Shown: positions 35,100-42,729 of the stretch, piece by piece
How the letters are laid out: each line of letters starts with the position of its first letter
Position numbering within the stretch: position 1 is the stretch's first letter
Assembly (NCBI GenBank): GCA_035518995.1
Contig: DATIXC010000120.1
Span: 1 to 43,245 of the forward strand
Origin: Methanomassiliicoccales archaeon
Lineage (GTDB): Archaea; Thermoplasmatota; Thermoplasmata; Methanomassiliicoccales; UBA472
Direction: 5' to 3'
DNA: 43,245 nt
The notes under the pieces: generated by a model
Seen by the model: the letters and a program-made list of their open reading frames with translations, nothing else
What the model was told of the DNA's origin: nothing
Databases searched by the model: none
Made by a program: the position numbers and the translations under genes

Positions 35100-35412
35100 G
35101 AAGCTGAAGCTTACGCTCCTTTCCTTCGCCTGTTGCAACCCGAAGCTGGCGGTCCATGACAAGTCCTACCTCGAAAGGATCAAGGAGGCGCTGGCGAGAT
35201 TGGGGGCGGAGGCGGATATCGAGCTGGTCCATGCCACCGACGCCATGATGTCCAGGAGGTATGGCTTCATGTCCGACATCATCCCGTTGTTCGACAAGTA
35301 CGGCCAGGCCGCGACCCCCGCCCTCTTCGTGAACCAGAAGCTGGAGCTTTACGGAGGGGTCCCGACCGTCGACAAGCTGGTGGAGGTCCTGGGGAAGTAT
35401 CACAAGGCATGA
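35092..35412 (+). CDS. ArsD-like thioredoxin-fold small protein
   Basis: LKLTLLSFACCNPKLAVHD...TPALFVNQKLELYGGVPTVDKL aligns by eye with the ArsD N-terminal domain (vicinal Cys pair kept, third Cys absent). It overlaps arsA by 8 nt. Confidence 0.6.
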   Translation: MAEKLKLTLLSFACCNPKLAVHDKSYLERIKEALARLGAEADIELVHATDAMMSRRYGFMSDIIPLFDKYGQAATPALFVNQKLELYGGVPTVDKLVEVLGKYHKA

Positions 35413-35490
35413 CCCGTGGGCGGGCTGCGTTCGTGCTACTCGGATGTTCATTGATAACCAATTTATCGTCCTATCTTTCTAATCGATTCC

Positions 35491-36300
35491 ATGAGCGAGC
35501 GCCTGAAGAAGGACCTTGTCGCAAGATGCAGGGAACTGGGAATAGACATGGTGGGTGTGGCGCCCGTGGAGCGATGGGACGAGCCCCCCTTCGAACCGTG
35601 GGTCCCGGAGGAGTTCCGGCCCAAGGCCGTTTATCCCGAGGCCAGGTCCGTGGTGGTGATAGGGCTGCCGGTGACGCTCCCCGTCCTCGAGACCTCGCCA
35701 TCCATCCACTACCACCAGCTGTACAAGACCATCAACGAGATCCTGGACCAGTCAACATATTGGATATCCAATTTCCTTAACCAGCGGGGGCATGCCTCGC
35801 TGTTCATCCCCAGGGACGGATATGGGCACATCCAGCTTATGAAGGAGAGACCCCTGGCCTTTTTCTCGCATCGGCACGCCGCCTATCTGGCAGGGCTCGG
35901 CACGTTCGGCCTCAACAACATGGTGCTGACCAAGGAGTACGGCCCAAGGGTCCGCTTTGGGAGCGTCCTGACGACCGCCGTCCTTCCCGGGGACCCTTTG
36001 ATGTCGGAGCAGCTCTGCACGAGATGCATGCGCTGCGTGGACGTCTGTCCCACCAAGGCCCTTGGGGAGAAAGACTATCCCAAGAGCATCACCGACAAGG
36101 TCGCCTGCGCCACCCGTGCGGTCGACCTCGCGGGCAAGTTCGCATCCCCATGCGGGTTCTGCATCAAGGTCTGCCCCATCGGCGAGGACCGCAAGTTATT
36201 CCAGCGCGAGGACTTGGACATTTACGACGAAGAAGACCAGAAATTCACCAAGCATCATAAGGCCTGGAAGCACACCAGGTCATACGGCTCTAGAAAATAG
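35491..36300 (+). CDS. 4Fe-4S protein, QueG/reductive-dehalogenase-like (COG1600-like)
   Basis: IDMVGVAPVERW...HRHAAYLAGLGTFGLNNMVLT...CTRCMRCVDVCPTKA...CGFCIKVCP. Confidence 0.7.
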   Translation: MSERLKKDLVARCRELGIDMVGVAPVERWDEPPFEPWVPEEFRPKAVYPEARSVVVIGLPVTLPVLETSPSIHYHQLYKTINEILDQSTYWISNFLNQRGHASLFIPRDGYGHIQLMKERPLAFFSHRHAAYLAGLGTFGLNNMVLTKEYGPRVRFGSVLTTAVLPGDPLMSEQLCTRCMRCVDVCPTKALGEKDYPKSITDKVACATRAVDLAGKFASPCGFCIKVCPIGEDRKLFQREDLDIYDEEDQKFTKHHKAWKHTRSYGSRK

Positions 36301-36344
36301 AACGGAGGCTCAGTGTCGGCCCCCGACCCAGGATTCAGGTGGAG

Positions 36345-36572
36345 CTAGGGCAGCTCCGTCTTGGCCAGATAGTATGAAACGGCCATGTTCTTCTTCTTGA
36401 CCTTGACCACTCCCTTCTTCTCCAGCTCCTGTAGCGCGTTCATGCACTGCGCCTTCGGCAGCTTCGAGAGCGCGGTGACCTTCTCGGCGCTCAGCGCCTT
36501 TTCCTCGCCTATCGCGGCCGCCAGCTTCATCGCGTTGAACAATTTCTCAGCTTGAGGTGTAACGGTAGCCAT
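36345..36572 (-). CDS. Small (75 aa) winged-helix DNA-binding protein
   Basis: ...LSAEKVTALSKLPKAQCMNALQELEKKGVVKVKKKNMAVSYY... is a HTH-wing pattern. It is divergent from feoB. Confidence 0.6.
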   Translation of the reverse strand: MATVTPQAEKLFNAMKLAAAIGEEKALSAEKVTALSKLPKAQCMNALQELEKKGVVKVKKKNMAVSYYLAKTELP

Positions 36573-36597
36573 GCAACTGAGAGAAAGTTAGCCAGTG

Positions 36598-36605
36598 CAT
36601 ATAAC
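36598..36605. promoter_or_regulatory. Shared TATA-like element (CATATAAC) for the divergent wHTH gene and feoB
   Basis: It lies 26-33 nt from the wHTH ATG (36572) and implies a feoB leader of about 110 nt. Confidence 0.35.
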
Positions 36606-36698
36606 TATCGGTGGGGGGAGCCAGGCAGTGTGATACATGAAATTCATGGTCTGACCCTTATGAGGAATTCGAGAGATTTGCTCTCATCCCAAGAAGAA

Positions 36699-36719
36699 GC
36701 GATTATTAGCCATAATCGC
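36699..36719. promoter_or_regulatory. Perfect inverted repeat GCGATTAT-N5-ATAATCGC, 25 nt upstream of the feoB ATG; candidate metalloregulator operator or leader hairpin
   Basis: Read directly: gcgattattagccataatcgc. Two more inverted repeats lie in the same leader (36636-36648 CATGAA-a-TTCATG; 36671-36685 GAGAG-N5-CTCTC). Confidence 0.35.
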
Positions 36720-36743
36720 ATTCTGACGATTCCAAGGCCAAGG

Positions 36744-38645
36744 ATGAGAGTCTACATAGTCGGGAACGCGAACGTGGGCAAGTCCCTATTATTCCATCGG
36801 ATAACTGGCCTAAAGGTCATATCCTCTAACTATCCAGGAACAACTGTCGACCTCACCGAGGGGGTCAGGACCATCGATGGTAAGGAGATGACCTTCTACG
36901 ACCTCCCAGGGACGTATTCTCTGACTGGTGTAAGCCAGGACGAGCACATAGCCTTGGACATGCTCACCGAGGAAAGACCGGACAAGGTGATCGTCCTCGC
37001 CAACGCCACGGTGCCCCTGCAGAGCCTGATATTGGTGCTGCAGCTCCTCGAGCTAGGGTACGATGTGGTCCTCGGCCTGAATTTCATGGACCGGGCCAGG
37101 AACAGGTTCAAGATAGATGTCGAAGGAATAGGGGAGGAGCTCGGCATCCCGGTCATTCCCATGGTGGCCAGGACGGGCGAGGGCGTCGACCTGCTACTCA
37201 ATGCGTTGGTCTCCGGGAAGAGGCGGGCCATGCCCGCACAGATGACCTACAGCGATGACCTCGAGGGGGCCATCGAGGACGTCGAGGACAAGCTGCGGCC
37301 GATGAGCCTTGGATTCAGTTCAAGGGGGTTGGCCATCAAGGCTCTGGAAGGCAACCATTACTTCCTTGAGACCCTCCCGCCGGAGATCGCCGAGATGGCT
37401 AGGCTCCTAGGGCGTACCACAGGGGACGGAGAGAGCATCGGCGAGAGGATAGGGAAGGAACGGCAGGGACACGCAGCGAGGGTCGTCTCCGCGCGCTTCG
37501 AGCCGATCGCGCATGCCGAGAGCCTGTCCGAGCGCATCTCGAGGTGGACGCTCCAGCCTGTCACTGGGACATTGATCTTCATTTCGGTTTTGCTGGGCCT
37601 GTTCTTACTCATCGTGTTCATAGGGGGATTCATCGCGGTCCTGGTGCACGATGCCTATACGACGCTCTTCGGCCCCCTGTTCCAGGATCTCGGCGAGCTG
37701 ATAGGAGGGAAGCCTGGCGAGGCCATTTCCAGCGCGATCTACCTTAGCATAGAGGGCATCCTGTTGATCGTTGTGCCATACGTCATCCCCTTCTTCATCC
37801 TGCTCGGCGTGCTCGAGGATTCCGGCTACATGCCACGCATGGCGGTGCTAGTCGACCGAGCAACGAGCAAGCTCGGCATCAACGGGAAGGCCATAATACC
37901 GATGATGGTGGGGATGGGCTGCAGCGTGCCGGCCATCCTGGGGACGAGGATAATGGAATCCAAGGGGGAGCGCCTGGCCTTGGCGATCCTGATCGTGATG
38001 GCGATCCCGTGCTCGGCCCAGACCATAATAATCCTCGGTACCGTCGGATTGTACAGCGGCATCGAATATGCCGTCTTCATCTACGTCTTCTTGTTGACGC
38101 TGCTGGTGGTGGTCGCGCTTGTCGTTAGGAAGCTGATGAAGGTCCGGCCAACGCCATTGAGGATGGATCTGCCAGAGATGACCGTTCCAAGCGCCGGGAA
38201 CGTGCTGATCAAGACCTACCTTCGTTCCAAGGACTTCGTGGTCATCGCCTTCCCCATACTGCTCGCTGGAAGCCTGGTCCTTCAGTTCCTCATGGTATAT
38301 GGTATCCTCGACGAGCTCGTCGAGCCCCTAGCCCCATTCACGGTGGGCTTCCTGGGCCTTCCTGCGGTCACAATAGTGGCGTTCATCTTCGGGATCGTCC
38401 GCAAGGAGATGACGATCCAGATGCTCTTCGTGCTCTTCGGAACCACGAACCTCGCCCTTTACATGACCGCCGACCAGTTCCTCATCTTCGCCATCATAAT
38501 GGCCACGTACGTTCCATGCCTGGCGGTGAGCGTGGCGATCACCAGGGAGTTCGGACTTAGGTCGGCGGCGATAATCTTCACTGGGACCATCATCTTCTCG
38601 TTTCTTTTGGGCGGATTGTTCAATTTCTTATTGACTGGAACATGA
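36744..38645 (+). CDS. feoB: Ferrous iron transporter B (G-domain plus permease)
   Basis: MRVYIVGNANVGKSLLFHRITG...NYPGTTVD...DLPGTYSL, followed by a polytopic membrane domain. Trimmed from the track start 36552. Confidence 0.92.
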   Translation: MRVYIVGNANVGKSLLFHRITGLKVISSNYPGTTVDLTEGVRTIDGKEMTFYDLPGTYSLTGVSQDEHIALDMLTEERPDKVIVLANATVPLQSLILVLQLLELGYDVVLGLNFMDRARNRFKIDVEGIGEELGIPVIPMVARTGEGVDLLLNALVSGKRRAMPAQMTYSDDLEGAIEDVEDKLRPMSLGFSSRGLAIKALEGNHYFLETLPPEIAEMARLLGRTTGDGESIGERIGKERQGHAARVVSARFEPIAHAESLSERISRWTLQPVTGTLIFISVLLGLFLLIVFIGGFIAVLVHDAYTTLFGPLFQDLGELIGGKPGEAISSAIYLSIEGILLIVVPYVIPFFILLGVLEDSGYMPRMAVLVDRATSKLGINGKAIIPMMVGMGCSVPAILGTRIMESKGERLALAILIVMAIPCSAQTIIILGTVGLYSGIEYAVFIYVFLLTLLVVVALVVRKLMKVRPTPLRMDLPEMTVPSAGNVLIKTYLRSKDFVVIAFPILLAGSLVLQFLMVYGILDELVEPLAPFTVGFLGLPAVTIVAFIFGIVRKEMTIQMLFVLFGTTNLALYMTADQFLIFAIIMATYVPCLAVSVAITREFGLRSAAIIFTGTIIFSFLLGGLFNFLLTGT

Positions 38646-38694
38646 AATCCTAATGAAAAAAGTTGACAAGCGAGGTAGGACCGAATGGCCCTTT

Positions 38695-39702
38695 CTAATT
38701 CCGCATGGCCCCGTTTATCGCGACCTCGGCGATGTCCATAGCGTACATGGTAGTGCGGATTATCGAGTCGATCACCGAGGTCCTAACCACAGTCGATGTG
38801 TTCCCAGGGGCTCGCGAGCTCCCACCCAAGTCCTGGCAGCGCTGGACTAGGCTGTCACCTTGATCGATGATGCCGTTTGCCGAGGTAATGTCCTTGAGGA
38901 AGAACGCTTGCATGGCCATGTCCAATATCTTGATGGCCTGCTCGCTCAATTCGCCTATCTCCCCGAGATCGCTGATCTTGCTATTGGAATTGGCCATGAT
39001 GACGGCGTTGTTCGCAATCTTCTCGGCGTGGTCGCCTATCCGCTCTATCCCCCTTGCCACAAGCATGAGGCTCATTCCTTCGAATATGTCGACGCCTATC
39101 TTCTCGCTCAGCTTACGGTCCTTCAGGATTAGATTGTATTGCTTGACCGCCATCCAATAGAGCCGGTCGACGTCCGCGTCCCGATCTATTACGTCCTTTG
39201 CCAGCGCTTCATCCGCCTCCTTCAATGAAGCGATGGCGTCCTTATGCATGCTATCGACGATGAGGTGCATTCTGCGCACGCACTTCTCTTGGGGCAGCTC
39301 GACGGGGTCCGATAGGTCATGAAGGATTATGGTATTGCTCGTTTCCTCGATAACCTCGGGTCCTATGACCATCCTGGATATCTCCTTCACACCGTGCTTC
39401 AACTCCAGGTCCAGCCGCCCTTTCGACCTGACCTCGATTATGTTGTATCCAGCCAGATAGGCTCCAATAAGTTTCCTGGTGAGATGCTCCTTGGTCTCGT
39501 CTTCCTCGACCATTATGACCTTTCTGCTCTCCTCCTTCTCCTCCTGCATCCTTGGATCGATAGAGATCGTGCCGTCATTCAGAGCCCTCACCACAACAGG
39601 TGTGCCCGCCTTGATGGAATTGGCCTGAATCCAGTCCTTAGGCAACGATACTGTCATTGTCGACGCGCCTGTTTTCTGTACACGTCTTATTTCCAATTCC
39701 AT
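38695..39702 (-). CDS. phoU: Phosphate uptake regulator: AbrB/SpoVT-type N-terminal domain plus two PhoU repeats
   Basis: RRVQKTGASTMTVSLPKDWIQANSIKAGTPVVV..., then PhoU-like helices (...ARGIERIGDHAEKIA...). Confidence 0.88.
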   Translation of the reverse strand: MELEIRRVQKTGASTMTVSLPKDWIQANSIKAGTPVVVRALNDGTISIDPRMQEEKEESRKVIMVEEDETKEHLTRKLIGAYLAGYNIIEVRSKGRLDLELKHGVKEISRMVIGPEVIEETSNTIILHDLSDPVELPQEKCVRRMHLIVDSMHKDAIASLKEADEALAKDVIDRDADVDRLYWMAVKQYNLILKDRKLSEKIGVDIFEGMSLMLVARGIERIGDHAEKIANNAVIMANSNSKISDLGEIGELSEQAIKILDMAMQAFFLKDITSANGIIDQGDSLVQRCQDLGGSSRAPGNTSTVVRTSVIDSIIRTTMYAMDIAEVAINGAMRN

Positions 39703-39780
39703 TACTCCTTGTCAGTTTTGAAGATATATCAGTAGATAATGTACTTACAATATATACTGTATATAGACAAACTTTCACAA

Positions 39781-39797
39781 ATATATATAAATATATT
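39781..39797 (+). promoter_or_regulatory. AT-only tract (ATATATATAAATATATT), candidate TATA box for pstS
   Basis: It lies in the 278-nt divergent phoU/pstS spacer and would give a leader of about 155 nt. Confidence 0.3.
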
Positions 39798-39843
39798 CTA
39801 CATTGCATACGAATATAAGAGTACGTAATTTTCAGACATTTCG

Positions 39844-39963
39844 AGGAAATGAACCTAGGGATAAGGCCATACCGTGGAAGGTCGGGCACACCACCTTCAT
39901 ATCGTAAGCTTTCCTTCAAACCAGTGCTGCCCAAAGAGCCGAAGTCCCTCAGGTTCCTTTTTT
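39844..39963 (+). promoter_or_regulatory. Long-range stem (GAACCTAGGGA / TCCCT-C-AGGTTC) enclosing about 83 nt and followed by T6, just upstream of the pstS Shine-Dalgarno; candidate attenuator, structured leader or small RNA
   Basis: Read directly: 39851-39861 pairs with 39945-39956 (11 bp, one bulged C). There is an inner hairpin GAAGGT-N10-ACCTTC and a T-run at 39958-39963. Confidence 0.3.
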
Positions 39964-39980
39964 CATATGAGGTGGCTTGA

Positions 39981-41723
39981 ATGGAGAAAAAGACGATGTA
40001 TATCGTCGTCGGGGTTGTGGCGATATTGCTCATCGCGGCGGTTGCGGGAGCTTTGGTGTTGTCCAATAATGACAATAATAATAACAACAACCAGGTGACG
40101 ACGATCACGGAGAAAGGCTCCGATACCATGTTGGAGCTGGTAACCTCGTGGTCCGAGGGATACCACGCCTATGACAAGAATGTCAGCGTCGAAGTCGCCG
40201 GCGGAGGCTCAGGTGTCGGAATAAACGCATTGATCAATAACCAAATCGATGTCTGCGCAGCCTCGAGGCCGATGACCGCTTCTGAGATAAAGTCTGCCAA
40301 GAACAACAGTGTTAACCCCGTTGAATTCAAAACGGCCATTGATGGGATAGCAATCATAACCCATACTGGGAATCCTATCACAACGCTCACCATAGAGCAG
40401 CTGAGGGGTATCTATAATGGTACCTATACCAACTGGAACCAGGTTGGTGGGAATGATCTGCCGATCGTTCTCTACGGAAGGCAGAGCACCTCCGGCACAT
40501 ACGCCTACGTACAAGAGGTCGTCCTGCTCAAGGGACCATATTCTACCTCTATGCAACAACTCCAGGGGAATAACCAGATTCTCTCAGCCGTCCAAACGGA
40601 TACAAAGGGCATAGGCTACATCGGCATTGGATACGCCAAGGGCAAGACCGGAATCAACATATTGGATTTGAAGAAGGATGCCAGTTCGATGGCCTTCTCA
40701 CCTTTAAACGAGACGGCCGTCCTGACTCAGAAGTATTCCCTGTCTAGGTATCTCTATCTATATACCAACGGAGTTCCGACAGGTGCAATAAAGGACTTCA
40801 TGACCTGGGTCATTGTCACAGGCGGACAGACCGTTGCTTCAGACATGGGTTTCTACGCATTGCCTTGGTATGACATCGAAGAAGGAAAGGGAATATTGGG
40901 CCTTATGCCCCCCCAGACTGTGACCGAGAAGGGTTCAGACACTATGCTCGAACTCGTTACCTCCTGGTCCGAGCAGTTCCATGAGAACAAGAGCTGGATC
41001 AGCGTCGACGTTGCAGGTGGGGGATCAGGTGTTGGGATCAGCGCGCTCATCAACAAACAGATAATGGTTTGCGCAGCCTCTCGCCAAATGACCTCATCGG
41101 AGATCTCACAAGCGAACACAAATGGCGTGCATCCCACAGAATTTAAGGTCGCCATCGACGGCATCGCCATAATTACGCACACCGGCAACCCGATAACCAA
41201 CCTGACAATTGAGCAGCTGAGGGGCATCTACAACGGTACGTACACCAACTGGAACCAGGTCGGTGGCCCAGATCATGGCATCGTCCTGTATGGCAGGCAG
41301 AGCACCTCTGGCACATACGCCTATGTCCAAGAGGTCGTGCTGCTCAAGGGGGCATATTCGTCCTCGATGCAGCAACTTCAGGGCAACAATCAGATCGTCG
41401 CAGCCGTTCAGACGGACCCCTATGGCATCGGTTATGTGGGCATAGGGTATGCCAGGAGTGCGACCGGAATCAACCTGTTGGAACTCAAGAAGGATTCCAG
41501 CTCGATCGCTTACTCGCCTTTGAACGAGAGTGCCGTTCTGTCCCAGATGTATTCCCTGTCTAGGTACCTGTACCTCTACACGGACGGAACACCGACGGAT
41601 GGCACATGGCACTTCCTAAACTGGATCCTTGACGCCAAGAAGGGCCAGCAAGTTGCGGTGGAGATGGGCTTCTACGCGCTCACATCCGATGTGCTCAGCG
41701 CGATGAGAGCGAAGCTGATCTGA
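39981..41723 (+). CDS. pstS: Membrane-anchored phosphate-binding protein with two tandem PstS domains
   Basis: N-terminal anchor and Asn-rich linker, then two full PBP-type PstS units, each with GSDTMLELVTSWSE...AGGGSGVG...RQSTSGTY... Confidence 0.9.
   Translation: MEKKTMYIVVGVVAILLIAAVAGALVLSNNDNNNNNNQVTTITEKGSDTMLELVTSWSEGYHAYDKNVSVEVAGGGSGVGINALINNQIDVCAASRPMTASEIKSAKNNSVNPVEFKTAIDGIAIITHTGNPITTLTIEQLRGIYNGTYTNWNQVGGNDLPIVLYGRQSTSGTYAYVQEVVLLKGPYSTSMQQLQGNNQILSAVQTDTKGIGYIGIGYAKGKTGINILDLKKDASSMAFSPLNETAVLTQKYSLSRYLYLYTNGVPTGAIKDFMTWVIVTGGQTVASDMGFYALPWYDIEEGKGILGLMPPQTVTEKGSDTMLELVTSWSEQFHENKSWISVDVAGGGSGVGISALINKQIMVCAASRQMTSSEISQANTNGVHPTEFKVAIDGIAIITHTGNPITNLTIEQLRGIYNGTYTNWNQVGGPDHGIVLYGRQSTSGTYAYVQEVVLLKGAYSSSMQQLQGNNQIVAAVQTDPYGIGYVGIGYARSATGINLLELKKDSSSIAYSPLNESAVLSQMYSLSRYLYLYTDGTPTDGTWHFLNWILDAKKGQQVAVEMGFYALTSDVLSAMRAKLI
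40092..41720 (+). repeat. Intragenic tandem duplication, two units of about 820 nt (40092-40913 and 40914-41720)
   Basis: Direct comparison of the two halves at protein and DNA level. Confidence 0.85.
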
Positions 41724-41743
41724 TAAAATGCACCATTTAAACC

Positions 41744-41753
41744 TTTTTCCTTT
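41744..41753 (+). terminator. T-rich tract after pstS (possible partial archaeal oligo-T terminator between pstS and pstC)
   Basis: acctttttcctttcc lies 20-30 nt after the stop codon. Confidence 0.3.
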
Positions 41754-41823
41754 CCTCCAATATTTTCCTTCCCTTCCATACACTTCGCGGACCGGGTTCG
41801 AAATATGAAAGGATGAGCAGAAA

Positions 41824-42729
41824 ATGGCCAAGAAAGTGCGGAGTCCAGCAAAGAGGAGGAGCATCCTCGATAATGGCATTCGCTACGCGTTCGCTATGGT
41901 GTCTACTTTCTCGGTTCTTGTACTAATTCTCGTTGCGGTTTTCCTCTTCATTAACGCTATCCCGGTTTTCAAAACGGTAACCCCTTCCGCGTTCTTCTTT
42001 GGCACGGTTTGGGACCCGACCAATCCTCTGAACCCGTTATATGGTATTGTACCATTGTTCGTGGCCACGGTTTTAGTCACCTTGGTCTCGACAATTATCG
42101 CGGTTCCCATTGGATTGGGTTGCACCATTTATCTGGCGGAATTGGCCCATCCTAAGATCAAGGCAGTAATGAAACCAGCCATCGAGGTGCTGGCAGGAAT
42201 TCCATCGGTGGTATTGGGCTTCTTTGCTTTGCTGGTCCTCGCCACTTGGATCCAAAACATCTTCGACCCAGTCAATCGGCTCAATCTCTTCGTAGGGGGG
42301 GTGATGCTCTCCGTGATGATGATCCCCATCATGGTGAGCCTCTCAGAGGATGCCATCAATTCTGTCCCCAGGGGATTGAAAGAGGCTTCCTACGCACTTG
42401 GGACCACAAGATGGGAAACGATATCCAAAGTAATACTGCCCGCGGCAAGACCCGGCATAATTGCGGCCGTGATGCTGTCCATTGGTAGGGCAGTTGGTGA
42501 GACAATGGTAGTCGTAATGGCATGTGGTAATGCTCCTCACCTCACCTTCGATATTTTCTCTTCGGGATTAACGATGACGGCGGCCATCGCCAATGAAATG
42601 GGGGAGGTGGCGTTCAACACCACTCATTACTATGCATTGTTCATGGTGGGTTTGGTGCTCTTCGCCATCACCTTCTCGCTGAATCTCGTTGCCGACTGGG
42701 TGCTTAACCGGCAGGAGGAGCGATACTGA
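41824..42729 (+). CDS. pstC: Phosphate ABC transporter permease PstC
   Basis: Six TM segments and an EAA-like loop (...EDAINSVPRGLKEASYALGTTRWET...). Confidence 0.9.
   Translation: MAKKVRSPAKRRSILDNGIRYAFAMVSTFSVLVLILVAVFLFINAIPVFKTVTPSAFFFGTVWDPTNPLNPLYGIVPLFVATVLVTLVSTIIAVPIGLGCTIYLAELAHPKIKAVMKPAIEVLAGIPSVVLGFFALLVLATWIQNIFDPVNRLNLFVGGVMLSVMMIPIMVSLSEDAINSVPRGLKEASYALGTTRWETISKVILPAARPGIIAAVMLSIGRAVGETMVVVMACGNAPHLTFDIFSSGLTMTAAIANEMGEVAFNTTHYYALFMVGLVLFAITFSLNLVADWVLNRQEERY

Noticed and set aside
36650-36730. C/D-box sRNA in the feoB leader (AUGAGGA ... CUGA)
   Set aside because: The C-box has a mismatch. There are no convincing C'/D' boxes or terminal stem, and the spacing of about 68 nt is not typical. 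The inverted repeats are the better description.
36552-36743. N-terminal 64-codon extension of FeoB given by the track
   Set aside because: It overlaps the divergent wHTH gene start and the shared promoter. The canonical G-domain N-terminus (MRVYIVGNANVGKS) begins at ATG 36744.
40092-41720. Diversity-generating retroelement (template/variable repeat) or assembly artefact as the explanation for the pstS repeat
   Set aside because: The units are about 820 nt, far longer than DGR repeats. Differences are spread over all base types and are largely synonymous. There is no reverse transcriptase nearby. The divergence between units argues against repeat collapse or duplication by the assembler.
41794-41804. 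tRNA-like T-loop sequence GGGTTCGAAAT between pstS and pstC
   Set aside because: No acceptor, D or anticodon arms can be drawn around it. It is an isolated match in a T-rich spacer.
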